Below are positions 12,701 to 27,928 of a stretch of DNA of 64,000 nucleotides, piece after piece. The stretch is from positions 22,692,001 to 22,756,000 of the forward strand of contig CM114271.1 of assembly GCA_050084515.1 (NCBI GenBank). The letters are read 5' to 3'. The position numbers were made by a program, and so were the translations under genes. Within the stretch, counting starts at the first letter, position 1, and each line of letters begins with the position of its first letter. The notes under the pieces are model-generated. The model made no database searches. It had not been told where the DNA came from and saw only the letters and a program-made list of their open reading frames with translations. This stretch comes from Blasia pusilla (taxonomy: Eukaryota).

Positions 12701-15700
12701 TAGCTATTCATGACATGATCCCATTCTCGACTATCCATTTTAAAAAAATGTTTCACTCTTCCCCATAGCCTCAAAAAAAATATTAATGTCTACAAATTTC
12801 ACCAACCTTGAAGATTCTTAGAAGTATGTTTGCATTTTCCCTTAACAGTAATAATCTAGATAAGAATGGAAAGAATCTCCCACTCCTCTTAATCTAAATT
12901 CCACATCTCCACACCTTTTCTATACATTCCCCCTTTTTTGCATTTAGAAAACCACTATTTCCACCTCCTTGTTATAGAAAAAGAAAACTTCCATTCTAAA
13001 AAGGAGTCCCCATCCCTTCATCTTCGTTCTTTTGGAAAAATTATTCCTCGCTACCCTTTCCACCTTTAATCCATTGATAACCAATATTGCAAATACTTCT
13101 CTAAACGAAATCTTAGAATTGTTACCCATCCTTTCAACTTCTTATTTAGGAAAAATAAAACAAAATAAAAATCCTCACCAAAATAAAAATTCTCCAAGAT
13201 GTTCCTCTTCTCATCACTAATATTATTGCATAATGTCCCATTAATCTTCAAACTCCTTTCTTGTTGAAACCTGACCCACTTAGTCGATAGGATTGTTCAA
13301 TATGTCATCCAATAGGATCATTCAAAATTGATTTAACTCATCATTTAAAAATTTCGGGGTTATTTGATTCATAAGTCATACTTTTGTAATAAATGATGGG
13401 TAATTTAAATTACCCTTCATTAATGTGTGCATTGCATGGGCGTCCACTAGTTGCTTTTAAAGAGGAAAACCCCTCCCTCATTCATTCTTAAATCCCAGCT
13501 TATAGCTTACATGTCATTTATTTATAGTTATTTTTACTTCTAGAAATAAATTTTAAAACTTATTAATGAAGAATTTTTTGAAGTTATGGCCTCGTGATAG
13601 GATATGTATTATACCTCAAACTCATAAATGAGCATCTTTTGTTAATAATAAATATGAATCTTTAAATTTATATGTTGTCTCAACAAACTATGAATGGAAA
13701 ATGTGCTAATCATACTCATGATTTTCAAAGAACATTCCGCTTTTGCATTGCACGAACATGAAGTACTACTTGAAAATATCATTGGTCCTCTTCTAACCCA
13801 AATCCAAAATGGGAAAATATTCAAATTCCATTTGAGGGGTTAAAAATTAGATTATGTGATTGATGCTCTTCAATTTCATATTTCTTTTTCCCCGTTATTC
13901 TAAAAAAGAATGCTTTTCGTCTTGTAATAGGCCACATCATTGCTCTCTCTCCTATCTTGGGCACTTCACTTCTTTCTTTCAAATAAATTATATATATAAA
14001 AAAACTCCTATCACTTTTCCCTTTATGAATTTTCATTAATTTGAACTTCAATTCTATTATTATATGTCTTATTGATGCCATAGTAACATTTAACTTTACC
14101 TCTTAAGGTTTAAAACTTAGACATATCTTCTTGAGTATAAAGCCATCATAAGTTTTCTTGAATTTCTGGACGTGTTTTCTTTACCAATTTTTTTTGTTCA
14201 TTTTTAGAGAAAAAACTCGTTCTTTTTCTTTCGTATAATTTTTCCATGTTTCTTTCACATGAATGAAAAAAAATCCCAAGATCCTTTCTCCTATATTTTC
14301 AAATTTTTCCTAAGATTTTTTCTTTCGTTTTCCAAAATATTTTCCTTCCAAGAATATAATTGAAATTTTGTAAATTTTAAGTAATTCATATTATTTCTAT
14401 GCCTTTTGTAATGAGAATTTTAATCTAGAATTTATAAATAAATTCTATCTGAATATTTACTATTATTGTAGAGAAACTTTAAAAGAATAAACACTACCCC
14501 TTTCTTCATGTGTCCTCTTGACAATCCCCATTCCTACTTTTTTTTGTCACAAAGATTTTATATCCAAAATGATAGGCCAATTTTTTATGGTGAAAATTAT
14601 ATAAGTGCCCAACCATGATGCTTTTGTCAAAAATTTCTTACCGAAAATGGCCAACCTTTAAATTTCTCGGATATATTACCACCAAAATTACTTAATGGGA
14701 AATGCCCAACCTTAAAAGATTTCAAATAATATTTTAGTATTTGGAAATTTCTAGTTGGAAGTAACCAACCAGAAAATTTTAATCTCATATATCTTTGTGG
14801 TGAGAAATTCCCTACTAAGAATGTCTCTCCACTTCTCTTTTCAATTGTCGTAATTTCATAGTGAGTGGTTTTTTCATTATGCTTTTTCACCTCCATCCTT
14901 TGACCTAGAGCATCTCATGGGCATAGAAGTACAAGTTCCATGTTAGAAAAATGATCTGTAAGATTAAAAATTACCATATATTACCAAGTAATTGATATAG
15001 AATGAATTAGCTCTTAAATTGATTATTTTTACTAGATGAAGTGCAAGTTCAAGATATGGTTTTTGAAATAAAACTAAAAATATTAAAACTTAAAAGTATT
15101 TTTGTAAGAAAAGAAGAAAATTTGTGAGACTAAGACTTTATTTATGGTTCACTATTCAATTTGATTTATAGCAAGTTCTTTCTTTCAAATTTGATCAAGC
15201 TTGTCAAGTTAATTATCCTTAGTAGGAAACCCATTCCAATTGGTTAACATTTCATAATTTAGTGTCTTGCCTAAGAATGAATTGATCATATGAAGAAATT
15301 AGGTTCTAGTTATGCTTGAACTTAGTTATAGAAGTATGAAATAATTATAAGATATTAGAATTTGTAGTAGATCAAATTTATTGTGATCTTAATTTCAACT
15401 CTTTTATGTTGTAATATCAATTTTGATTTGACAATTTGAGTAATTCACGAGCTCATCGTAGATGGGCATTCCTTACATCATATTATTATTGGAGAGTGCC
15501 CTTTTATTTTGCAAACTCTTCTCCTTTAGAAACTTGATATTTTTGGCCAATGGGATAGCTTGCCTTTTGAGCTAATAGAATGGCTCAAAATTGATTTAAA
15601 ATTCCACTTGAAATTTGTATGTGTGATGTTAGTCAAAATGATAGTTGATCTAACATGTCATATTCTTGTAACCCCGATCCTATATTTCCCTTAACTTTGA

Positions 15701-18603
15701 TTTATAAATTGGCCACGTACTCTTAATAAATATGAGATCTAGCCATCCATTTTCTACCCTTACATTAACCTTACCCATGTATTTGACATCTGTTGCTATT
15801 GTTTACACATAAAATCCTTGTGCTTCCACGATGGGCCAACTGTTTTATATAGTTGGATAATTTCCACGAATATACTTTCATTCGATAAGTAAAAATCAAA
15901 CTCCAAATAAGATTACGTGAACTATTCCACTCAAGTAATCACAAATAACTTTTAAGATGGACACTCTTTAGCTATAAATTCTGGCTTTGTAATCCATTTC
16001 CCACGAATAAAATATAATTCATATAAGTTATAAAGTAACCTCCACTCCCAAAACATGGTTCCCCCGTTCCGGAGTTCCAACTCTCCCGTTAGGAGGAAGG
16101 ATTATAAAAGGAGAAATAGAATCCTCCATTTGAAAATCAAGGGAAGAATTTGTTTTTGAAAGTATTGGTAAGAATGAGAATGAGTGTGTGCCTTACTTAG
16201 CAACCATAAGTAACTGAGTCAACTTTCAGTGGAATACAATCCATCTATTACAATATTAGAAAAGCATTTTGTAAGGAAAACATATAAGAAAAGGTTTTCA
16301 AATAACTAATTTCAATAATAATATGAGGTTGATTATATTTTATTAGAGGGGGGAGGAACAATCTTCTATCTAAGTACAATCTAAACTTGAGACTTTGAAC
16401 AAAGATATGGTTTTATAATACATATTCGTATTCTCTCGTAGGAAAAATTTATTTTGGTATTATTATTATTTATTAAATGACTTGTTTTTTTTTCTAAATT
16501 CTTCTAATCCCTCATATTTTTTTTCTTTGTCTTGCAATAGAGGGATTATGCTCCCATTGAAAATTTTCTTGAATATTCATTTTAATCGACACCAATTTTT
16601 ATTATTGAAGAGAAATGTTTTTTATAAACTAAATTCAAAACTAAATATCAAAATATTTAGTTTTGAATTTTTTGGCAAATGAATTTGGTTTTGGTATATA
16701 GCATTGGATGTACACTACTATCGTTAAACCCATATATTCCCTTCAACTCCAAATGGGAGGGATAGAACTTTAAAACATGGCTTCCAATTTTGTAGGAAAT
16801 CTTATAATTTCTAAGAAATACTAGTTGGTATGCCCATGTTTGCATACAAAAATAATTTAAAATATGATAAAATTTCCTTTAAAAGTTTAAAATAATCTCC
16901 ATTTTCTGAAACCAAGATCTTCTAAATAATTCCAACCTTCAAAGAAAATTTAAATAATCCCCCTTCCGTAATTCCATAAAAATTTTAACAATACCTATTC
17001 TCCCCCTCCATTCCTCCCAACAAGATAACTAATTAATAAAATGATTTCCTTTCTCCATTCAAATTAATTTTCTTCTATCAAGATACCAGATGTGAGTTAA
17101 AAATAAAATTGGATTATCTTCGTAAAAGGCTTGCCTGTCGCGTAATAGAGTGATTGTGTCCCGGCGGAAGTTAGCTCGGTATCTTACCGGGGCCGCCAAG
17201 CCAAGCCCCACCAAGTTACCGAGCTAACTTCAAGCCAAGCTTACTTCAAGGCTCCCGCAAGGTGGTGACGTGCTCCCGTGTCCGAGGTGCAAGAAACCCA
17301 TAGGACGCCACGTGGTAGCGTCGTGAGTCAAACCCTAGGCGGAGAGGACCCGGTGAAAGCGACGGAGGTGACGGATGAGGAATAGCGAAGCTCGTCCGCG
17401 CACTGTACGCTTCATGTTTTTTGGAAGTTCGGAGTTCTAACACAGATGTAGGGAGACCTCTGTTCTGGTACCTTTACTCCCGCGCCATTTATGATTCGAG
17501 GTCAGGAGGCGGTGAAATTGGCAGGCCCGCGATCTGAGAGTGCATGATGGTCGTTGCATGCGCTGATCGGGTCGGGGGACACCCTCTCGAGAAGGTAGAT
17601 CAGGCTGCGCGTCCGCGATTTCGATGGGGCTTGATTGTGATTGTGAAGGAGTTGCGCAGAGTTAGGGGTCTGTTGCGTTTGGTGGATTGGTCGCTCGGGG
17701 CGGCGGCTTTGGAGCAGGAGTAATTTTCCCGGGGTGTAGGAATTGGCGGATGCCTTATGCGGAAAGAATAACCCGTTTCGATGCCGCAAAGCAATGGCAA
17801 CGCTGCGTCAACGTTCTTAACCGCGTTTTCGCTTTCGCCTCTTTCGCTTTCTCTCTCGCCGTCGCTGCTTTCTGTTGTCCTTTACTTGCTGTGCATCTCA
17901 GCGTTTGTGTCCCCGTTTTTCACTGTGTCGCTGACCCGGTGCGAGTTCCTGGCCCTCACGGCACACTTCGATCCGCGATCTCACACCCTTTTCTATCTGC
18001 TCTATCTTCTGCTCTCCGTTTGCCTGTGCCTTTCTGTTTGTCTCTCCCTCTCCTTCGTCACGTTTGCCAATTCTATCACTGCTGATTCGCATTAATTGTA
18101 TTCCTATTCCTCTCCGCATTCGAGTAACGTTGCTGTAGTGAACCTTTTCGAGAACGACGGCAAACTCGAAGGTGTATGTTATACGTTCTTTACGACCTGT
18201 TGGTTCCGGAGAGCGCCTCAGAACTCCATCGAAGGGTTATAAACTGAGATACCCCTTGATCAATCGTCGGAAACTTTCGGAGGGGAAAGGATCGGAAATT
18301 GTCAAACCAATTCTGAGGGGAGCTGACCGGAGATGGTCCAGGGTATTCTGGGATATTCGCTGGATTGGAATGCGAATTCGCGCGAATCGTAATTCTGGAC
18401 TTTCTCGTTCAATTATCCCGTCTCATCTCGACGTCGGGCAAGAGCTGTGTCACTTGCCGCCGTACTGTGAAAGAAAGTCGAGATAGAAGACCTTTGTTGT
18501 ACAAATTTCTTCTCGGTATCCCTTGTTTTCCTCTGCAATCTCATCCGATCTCAATGGAGTAAGGAGCTTTCCGTCGCCCTCCGCCCTGTGCGATTCTTCT
18601 ACG

Positions 18604-21600
18604 ATGTCTTCCTTTGAGATTAATGGTTCCGGCCAAGGCCAAGAGACCGAGCGTGAGCAGCTCAATCGGGTTGACGAAAAGCCCGTCAACTATCGCAAAA
18701 GAAACTATCCTTTGACGCAATGGGAGCTTGCGGCTGTTGTCTGCGTGTTTGCTGGTTTTGCGTTGGCGCTTTCAAGTATTTACCTGACAATGCCGACGGT
18801 GGATTATCAGGTTCTTAAGCTTCCCCGTAACGTGGATGAAGTGCGGTTGCTCACGTAAGGATGCCCTCTCTTCTTGGTCGTGTCTGTGTCCTTAAACCTA
18901 ACTCTTCCTTGGACTGAGTATAATCTCTTCTTTCATATTACAGAGGGGTTCTCTTGGCAATCCTGTCATTTCTCTACCAAAGGGGATGTGGCTCGTTGTT
19001 TTGGGGCTTTATGTCGGAGACACGCGATGGAAAGTTTTGGAACGCTAGGGTTTTCTGGTTGTAGCGAGGCAACTTGTGGACCAAAGCGTTGTCTCTGAGT
19101 TTCTTAAAATCTTGCAATTGGAAACAATATCTCACGTCCACTGTTGCGATCTGTTGTAACTTTCTTCTGATCATTAAGCCCTTTTTTTAAGTAGTGCATA
19201 CCTTTTTGTAAATTACCGTTCTATTTGCGTGCACAAAAAAGTGCGCTACTGTCCACCACTCGCGATCGAACAACCTTCACTGACATCCATTTTACTAAAC
19301 CCATTTTTGTTTGGCTGTGGAGTAGATCCTGACGTAGGCAAGACATCTAGTTTTCTTAAGGAGGAAGAGGGAGATTATCAATTTAACTGAACATGGCATC
19401 AACGAGAGCTAATTATCATTGAAGGCGTGAGAATTGAAAGATAGAGGGAGGACAACGCTGGTCACATCCTGAGAGCTCCACTTGTAAGAGCACATGTATG
19501 CTCCCAGCCACGTGAAGGTCGATAGAGGAGCATCTGCTTTCTAATAAACGAATTGTGGTCCAGCAATCCCTGTTAACACTTTACCCCACACAGTATCCCT
19601 ATCCTCTGTAGAAGAAATGTCTTGATTTAGATAAGAAGTTTATAAATGATTCCTTCTCCTACATTTGGAGCACCACAGAGAAGTTTGGGTCAGGTTCTCA
19701 TGTGTCCCACCAATCACCAACTTCCACCCCTCGTCCCCCAGAGGAGCACTCTATGATTTATTGGCTTGTGCTTGGACCACCACAATAGTGAGGAAAGGAA
19801 GGCTTTCAATTTAAAGTCATCTTCTGTGATGTCTCCAAGAATTCAAAATCCTCATAGACCTAAGCATCAGATGATCCTGGTCAAATTAACCCTGCATCAT
19901 TCCAGGAACTCTTCGATATCTAACACTCTGCTATTATGCAACCATGGTCTAGGAATCACAGTTCTAAATGATCAGCAGACTTCTGCCAAATATTTTCCCC
20001 CGTCTCTTCATCTTGTTTTCAGGGTAGTGAGTGAATCATCATCTGTCAAATCATAGTGTTGCAAGAGTTCATGATTATTCTGGGAATGGAGTGACAGTGG
20101 CTTACTCTTGGGACACAAGGAATGTAGGCAATCACTCATACTCAAAGGCTTGCCTGAAGAAATGGATTTTTCTCTTTGATGTTGTGATGAATATGAGCTT
20201 CTTTGGTTGTTTTCTTTCTTTTCTCATGGTCACTCATTGCACTTATGGATGTGCAGTGAATATATCTCCGCCTATGCAAAGGATTACACACTGCAGGTGG
20301 TACTGGGATACTTTGTAACGTATGTTTTCATGCAAACCTTCATGATCCCTGGAACTATTTTCATGTCACTAACAGCGGGGGCTTTGTTTGGAGTATCAAG
20401 AGGTCTTGTTCTGGTTGTAGTTACAGCAACAGCTGGTGCTTCCTCGTGCTTTTTCCTTTCTAAGCTGGTTGGAAGGCCAATTGCGTACTGGCTGTGGCCA
20501 GAAAAGTTGGGCTTCTTCAGTGCAGAGGTCTTTCTCTCTCTCTGTCTCTTACCACAACCATTTTGCTGTTCATCTTAAGAATTATGTTTGCATTGCATGT
20601 TTCACACCACTTCTGCTTTGTCAAGCAATCCGTGTAGGACTATACAATCTAATCTGTCATGTTTTCCCTGATAGCCCTTTCCAAACCCCCAGATTCCACA
20701 TTACATTTTGGTTTTAGAGTGCTGGCTCTATTGGTTCAGACACGTTTTTCAGTCCTTAGACCTCCAAAACTGAGATCATGTCTGCGTAGCCACTGTGTAG
20801 TGGTGTCTCTTTTGAAAGATCTCCGGTTCTGAAAGTTATTAGGGTTTAGGAATGCATGGGTGTGTCCTTGAAATCGGAGAACTGGTGTGGCACTTGAGAG
20901 CTCGTTTTTTTCTCCTCCACCCATCTCACTCAAGAGGGGTGGGTCTGTCATCCTAAGACCATGATGCTGCAAGTGTACAGATTACATTTTCACTTCTTCC
21001 CGTAGAGTTTGGGTAGAACTGAATAGGTGGCAAACTGACTGTTGCACTTTATCTTAGCTCACAAAATTGGACTCAAAGGGAAGTCATATTGGGTCAGTCC
21101 TGGGTTGATTCCATACCGTTTATGCAAATAGGAAGTTCTGTTGCGTGGACTATATCTTTGTGGGTGCAGAGCTCCTTTCAGAGATTGACCATGTTTCAGA
21201 TGCTATGATGAAAGGTTGGACTTTGATCGTAAATTTTCTCGTTTGGGTTAAGGTTGGGCTGGAATCTATGTACCAATGGGAGGATTGCTTCTTCTGGGTG
21301 TTCGTCCCAGCTCTGACATGTGTCTATTGAAAAATATATTTTTACATTGTGACCCATTTTAGTGTAATAAAGAAAGCCTCGGAGTCATTAAAAGAGGGAT
21401 TGTGCATAGCATGGACACCTTACTAGTTATCCTTGTCTGCAAAAGCAAGGAAGAAAGCTTCTAGGAATACAAAATACGGCGATCGCCAACATTCGTCCAA
21501 ACCTGAGTGTTGTGTATCTACTCTCTCCATTAGTCTCAGATTCTACTTAGAATTTTACAAACGTGGTGGCTTCTGCTTGATAATTGTCTGGATATTGTCA

Positions 21601-22913
21601 ACTCAGACCCCTACTGTACAATTCAGAGCATTAGATTGCTCCTTTTAGGTTTTTATGAGGGAAGAGAGTATGTGTTAGTGATTTGCCCAATCCAGCAGTT
21701 GTAACCAGTCAAACAGGCCTTGGAACAGTAAACCGACTAACTCTAGCCTTTCATGTTTCCTTATTGTTCTTTTCATGGATTGCAGGTTGCCAAAAGGAAG
21801 AAGTCTTTGCTAAACTATATGCTTTTTCTGAGGATTACGCCGACGCTTCCTAACACGTTCATCAATGTTGCATCCCCTATTGTTGATGTCCCCTACCAAA
21901 TATTCTTCTTGGGAACTTTCTTTGGTCTTGTTCCTGCAGCTTTTGTGACAGTTAGGGTAAGAACCCTCTCCAGTTTCCTTTTGGTTTCAAAAGTCTTTTG
22001 CGGAATTTTTCTGTGTCATCACGGCTTTTAAATAGAGATATTTCACATCTTCTGTAATATTGTCTTAAGAAATCAAATAAAGGATTGTGGAGTCCCAATT
22101 TACAGTTCCTTCCATGTCACTGAAGGCACAATTTAGGCAGAGCATGTAATTATATGAGAGTGTTATCTTCAAGGAGGCACCTATTGGTATTAGAATGCAG
22201 AGACTGCACTTCATGAGGATGGTGGTGTTCATTTTAGTCCATGGAACAAGGGGAAACTACATTTATTCTCCAAAATTGTTTGCAGTAAGGGGTCAGAGAC
22301 TGTTATGATGAAGTAGTGCCTCTCGTAACCTTTTGATCAAAGAACCCTGTAGTTAGAGACTGTACTAAGATCTGTTTTTTCCTGACAACCATGCGCAGGT
22401 AGAGTCTACTCATTATGTAGTGCCTGCCATAGCCTTGCAGCCATAGACCCAAATGTGAGCCGTCTGATCCCAGGGACAGGGACACAGATTGTAGCATAAA
22501 GCCTGAGTTTTCAAGTATTTGATTACTCTGTGCTCTCTTTGGAGGGACATAGATTCCAGATCAGCTTAGCCATGTCATGACCCTTATTCCATGTGCTTTC
22601 ACAGACACGACCAAGATCAGATTTTGTGGGGGTTGGTTCATATGTCGCAATGGATGCACAGTTTAAGTGTCCATGTGTTTTGTCCTCAGGAATGCTTTGT
22701 GCAACTCTAAATGTTTTTGGATGGTAAAGTTGATTATTTCCCATGTTTGTACAGGCTGGATTGGCTCTCAACGACTTGAACTCTGTGACTGATCTGTACG
22801 ATGCAAAGACTCTGGGAGCGCTGTTTCTAATTGGTCTGGTCTCCGTTGTGCCTACTTGGGCTGAAAAGTTAAGATCTAGACCATCTCGACAACGTGGTCT
22901 TCATACTTCATAA
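18604..22913 (+). CDS. VTT/DedA-domain (SNARE-associated Golgi, TMEM41/TVP38-like) membrane protein, 283 aa; exons 18604-18854, 20257-20527, 21786-21956, 22755-22913
   Basis: All three introns are GT-AG and the frame is kept (852 nt including TAA). Motifs: LKLPRNVDEVR, YVFMQTFMIPGTIFMSLTAGALFG, TAGASSCFFLSKLVGRP, YMLFLRITPTLPNTFINVASPIVDVPY, AGLALNDLNSVTDLYD. Confidence 0.93.
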
Positions 22914-25520
22914 CTGACATGTCGAGTTCTGATATCTCATGGCATTGAAATTGTCGCTGGCAACCCTCAAATCACCAAGCTTATTACTGAAGATGATCCA
23001 TCACTCGGGATAGCTGTTCACACAATCTCTGTGACAAAGTTGGCTGAAAAAACACTGAATTTTGTTTGCCTAGGGTTTGCAGGTAGTACACATGACAATT
23101 GTCTTGGTACTTGGTCTCGCAGATCCTTTTCAATTATTATTTCAGGGCAGTTTGAAGGTTGCCTGAGACCTGTAATGGTAACTTAGTCCCAAAACCTTGT
23201 AGGTAGAATTTTAGTTGGATATTTAGTCCAATTTCCAGTGTCTAATGGTGTAGATACACCTGAGAAATCTTGATCTTATACCTCCCTAGAAATGTGTCAC
23301 AAAGCATCGTGACAGGACATGGAGGATAGGGTGGAGAGGCCTGAATTTGAGATGCGGCTCCTGTCCTGAAAATCTGACGCAGGTCATCTCACATGCTGTA
23401 AATATTAAGGATAGAAAATGATTTGGATTAACCATTCTTTCATTCACTAATTTATCTTACACCTCAATTGGATAGCTCTCTGAATTGCAGCTAATTGGAT
23501 ATTTAGTCCAATTAGCAAGGATAAAAGATGGTTACGGAGCATAGTTTGGACGGAGGTCTGGTTATAGAGATAGATGGCGATGCACGGCATACCTACATAT
23601 TCAAGTCGTATGGTGTGGACAATGAACTTGCCCTAAAACACACACCCACAGGGAGCAGATGTCGGGTACTAAATAGGCTATTTGGGAAGCTTCATGGCCA
23701 GAAATTCCAAGTTGCGTTGGAGACGTAACGTTGCGAAGTGATACTCCACATGCCTTGTTGTTTTCGGCCCCAAGATTCCGATTCATAACAATGACCTATT
23801 CAATAAAATTGTGTTTATCCACATTCTAATCACACAACAAGAATCTCTTGATTTTTCGGATGAAGCAGGATCCTCTGTTGTGTAACATATGCCATGAAGA
23901 CGTCAATTTAGATTAATCACCATAAATATCTGCCTTCGTATTGCGCTTTGAAGTTCACAATGGCCATGAAATTTTGTGGTGTGAGAGAATTCTTGATTGT
24001 AAAATTTCAGACTCGAAAATGATCCTTGAATCGCTCTGGTCGCTATCATTTGCCGATCCCAAAACGAATGAACTTTAGGAATCTCCTCTTTCATAATCAA
24101 GGTCTATCAATGTTGATCTCTTTTGAGTGACACTCATGTCGGCGTTAGCTACCGTGACACATTGACATTTCCAAAGCAATCTTCTTCTTGAAAACCTATC
24201 ACGTGAAAATCCGATCATCTCAGCTCAGCTTATGCTAAATTCCCTTCACATGAACAAAGGTTGAGAGAGAAGATCCTCCCTCTCTGTAGGACTACCCTTC
24301 ATGAGAAGATCATCACGTTGCCATAGCCAAGAGCAATTTTCTTCCTGGAGAGCTATCTGTTGATTTGGCTCAATAGGTACTATTTCCGTTAATGGAGTGC
24401 TTTTCCTCTTGACGAAAATATCAGTGTGTCTGGTAATTTGTTGTCTATTACAGGTATCTGATTCTTTCTGCAGTGTTGCAAATGCATACGGCTTGAGTGT
24501 GCAACGAGTACAACATTACTCTCCCGTTTCCACAATGTCCTATTTCCACAACGGGATGTCTCGGGACGTTTTGCATTTTGTTATTGATCGTTTTGAAGCG
24601 GTGGTTTTTGGTTGGACGGTTGGTTGGGTCAATTCGTTAACAGACATTACTTGTGGAGTTGACAATCTTATTAGTGGCTTTTGTTCGTGGATTTGAGAGT
24701 TATAGGGTCATTGCTTTGATACCTGCAAGACATGGAAGCCCAAAATCCTGGCAAGATACTCCCTCTCAATCGTGCCTAGACCAGGTGATCGTCTTCTCCG
24801 CAGTCTCGTAGAGCAAGTTTCAATTCTTAAAATCCGTAAGCTTTCCAAAGGTCGGGCGGAAAGTATCCCTCACGCGAAGATCCCAAATCCATCTCTCATA
24901 GCCATCATCAGACCCCACATGCCTTCAATCAGCGCCATCGCGCCTACTGGGAGCCCCACATTGTAATCCTCATGTTTCACGTCCGGGATTGAGAGAACGT
25001 GCAACGATTTTTCGTTATGTTGATTCAATTGATTGCAATTTGCAGAAGCATGCACACAACACATACACAATACAACCAGGGTCAGGAATCCAGCGTGCGG
25101 ATCTCTCGATTCCAAACCTGACTCGTTCCGAATGCTATGCGTGATCGACTCGTGCTAACCTGGTGCAAAGCGCACATAGCCAGAATATTAGAGTACTTAT
25201 TTCACGCCAGTAAAAGCGGTTCACTCAATTTTTTGCTCAATCACAGATGGCACACATTTGATCTGAGTAGCACATAGCTCGTAGGAATGGTGGTTCTTGA
25301 TATTTCCTCACTTCACCGGTGGCGGCAATTTTCTTTTTGAGCTCCTCATGCTCCAAACTTAGCTCGATTGCGGCGCCTCCACACGCTCCACTTCACTTGC
25401 TCCCTTTGTCAAAATAGTAGCCGATCTGAGACCGTCTCTCCCTTCTTGACTCTTAAGCCTTTTATCGACTCTAAAGAATGATCAAAGACTACCAGGTGTA
25501 TGGCTCCCTCTGGAAGATGC

Positions 25521-25560
25521 AAATCAAATCAAATCAAATCAAATCAAATCAAATCAAATC
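25521..25560. repeat. (AAATC)8 pentanucleotide microsatellite
   Basis: Eight perfect AAATC units. Confidence 0.95.
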
Positions 25561-27928
25561 GACCACAAACATTCAACCAATGGAACCGGGGCACAAGTCA
25601 GAAAATAAACCGTATGGGATAGAATCCCCATAAAATAGCTAGATTTTAAGAAAGGCTTCACTTCTTATAGAGAATTCATTTACGGGCCACATGGCCACTT
25701 GGCCCGTAATACGGCTGGCCATTTCAAAGAGTTTCCTCTTTTATTTCTGAACTGACAAGTGTCCCATTAAAATCCCAAAAAAACTTGACTCATTCAGAAA
25801 TAAGCCGGGGGAAAACTTTCACATAGAAGTCCTAGGTTCAAATAGAAGTCCACGGAAGATTTCTCGTAGATTTGATTTTGATTTTTTTTGAACTTTTTCT
25901 GCTAAGCTACCACTATAGATGATTATTTATGGAGGGCTTCACTTCTTTGGGAAATTTTTTTTTCCAAAAGAGGTAACCCCCCCTTCCTCACATTATAGTA
26001 TAGATATGGGTTGTTGGGTGGCTCGCCTCTTTCATGCAAGCAAATACGAAGCATCCTAATGCAACATGGAGATCTTGTTGTCATATTATCATCCTTTCAT
26101 AAATGAAGCCAGTTAATCTAAGTTTTGTCGTCTGTTCCAGTGAGAATATTTGTGGCATATTCAAGGATGTTGGATATGGGTCTCATGAGGTTAAGGGTGG
26201 TCTAATGATGAGTAGGATAACTACGATGTGTAGGTCTGGATTCATGTTTTGGATTCACTTGGATTTAATTTGAAAAATTTCTTACTTAAAATAGATTTTC
26301 TATTTTGGATGAAGTTGACTCTCTGGTTGACGAAAGTGTGGCTTGATCCATTATTGTTGAAAGAGGGTACACCCAATTAGACAATTTGGGATCAGTAAAA
26401 AACAAGAATTTAGCATACGTGCACTCTCAAACATTTTTTATCACCATTCCAAACTCATATTCGAAACCTGAGATTTAGATTAAAATATGCAATAGACAAG
26501 AAAATAAGTTCAAAATTCTATGCTAGACAACTACAATGTTGACTACTTCTTGGCCGTACTTCTTGTTGTGAGTTACACTCAAACCTACTTTGTTCCTCCG
26601 ATTCTACTCTTTTTACTTTGTCTCTTTGATGGATGTTGGTTGATCCCTTAGTGTTTGACGAACGTCATCTATTAGTCGACCTTATTGCATCTAGAGGATG
26701 CTATGTATCTATTGTCTTCTATTGAAGACTGTCACTCTTTGTTTGTAACCTTAATGGCCATGGTCCATGATCAAGTGCTGTTGAAATATTATCGTCTGCT
26801 AATCATTTGTCTGTTTCTTAACCACCATTTTTTGGTCACTTTCCAAATGCTCAAGAATCAATATTTAGTGATAGATCGCCATCAACTACCATCGATGTCC
26901 GACTATTGCCCAACAATTGCCCATTATTTGACACTTGTATGTTGTTTCTTGACCGACTATTGGCAATCTCAAAACAATGTCCAAGTTATTAACCATGGAT
27001 TGATGGGATTGAGCCACACTTGTTGCTGTAGGATGTATAGTGATTGGTAGTTGTTGTAAGTTGAAGAAGAACCATGCCGTGGTGTGCCCATAATTGTACT
27101 GTGTTGCAGGTTTCTCTGCCATGCCGCTTGTGGCCTCATCGCTCTATCTCTATTCTAACCCGATATTGTAGAGTACAACCTCTACTCCTCCTTGCTTCAC
27201 CTTGAAGAAATCACGACCTTGAGCTTTGCAAGCGGAAGTCTTAGGTGGAGTCTTAAGGATTCAACCAGTTGCATGTTCCAAAGCTAGCTGAGAAGCCACA
27301 AAGTGCCAATCAAGTTTTAGTCTCCCGAAGTGTGTACCATCTCCCTAGGAAGCCTCTAAGCCTCAACCAGTCTCTCTAAGTCGCTTGGCTATACTAGAGC
27401 ACGTCAGTTATTTGCTTAAGGTGTGTCCGGTTCAAACTTGAAACATGGTGAAGCACGCACGATGATTAATCTCTTGTTTATGGACTTGAGCCGGTAGGGA
27501 GGGAGAGGGTTCCCCCCTTACAAGTACTTCCGGGGTTCTCCATGATAACTGCATCTTCCCTATTGTCCACTCAAGGGGCCCTTGATGTTGGCCCCTAATC
27601 CAAACGTGGTTTGTGACTCACCGACTCGTGTTTGACATTTCCCTCCTAAGATTTGTTCCTCTAGTTCTATTGCCATTGCTAGTCTCGTGACTCAATGGTA
27701 TAGGTTTCGACTTTGGTGGGTGACACCAAGATCTCTCATCGTTGGATCCAAGATTATGACTCATTTCCCAGTCCCCGCTAGCATGAGGGCCAAATCTTTA
27801 GTTATTCGCGATGTCGAACCAACACTCAGGAGTGAAGTACTCGAGGATCAAGGAAGGGGTGCATCTTATTTCTGCATTATGCAACGGGGGACTCTATAAC
27901 ACCATTGAGGAGTACTACCTTGTAAGGA

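Noticed and set aside
15667-16250. Possible solo LTR (TGTAACCCCG start, TATAAAAGG)
   Set aside because: No clear 3' CA end, TSD or second copy in the window.
17502-18562. Several overlapping 60-130 aa ORFs upstream of the VTT start
   Set aside because: GC- and CT-rich promoter/5'-UTR sequence with no recognisable protein motifs; likely chance ORFs.
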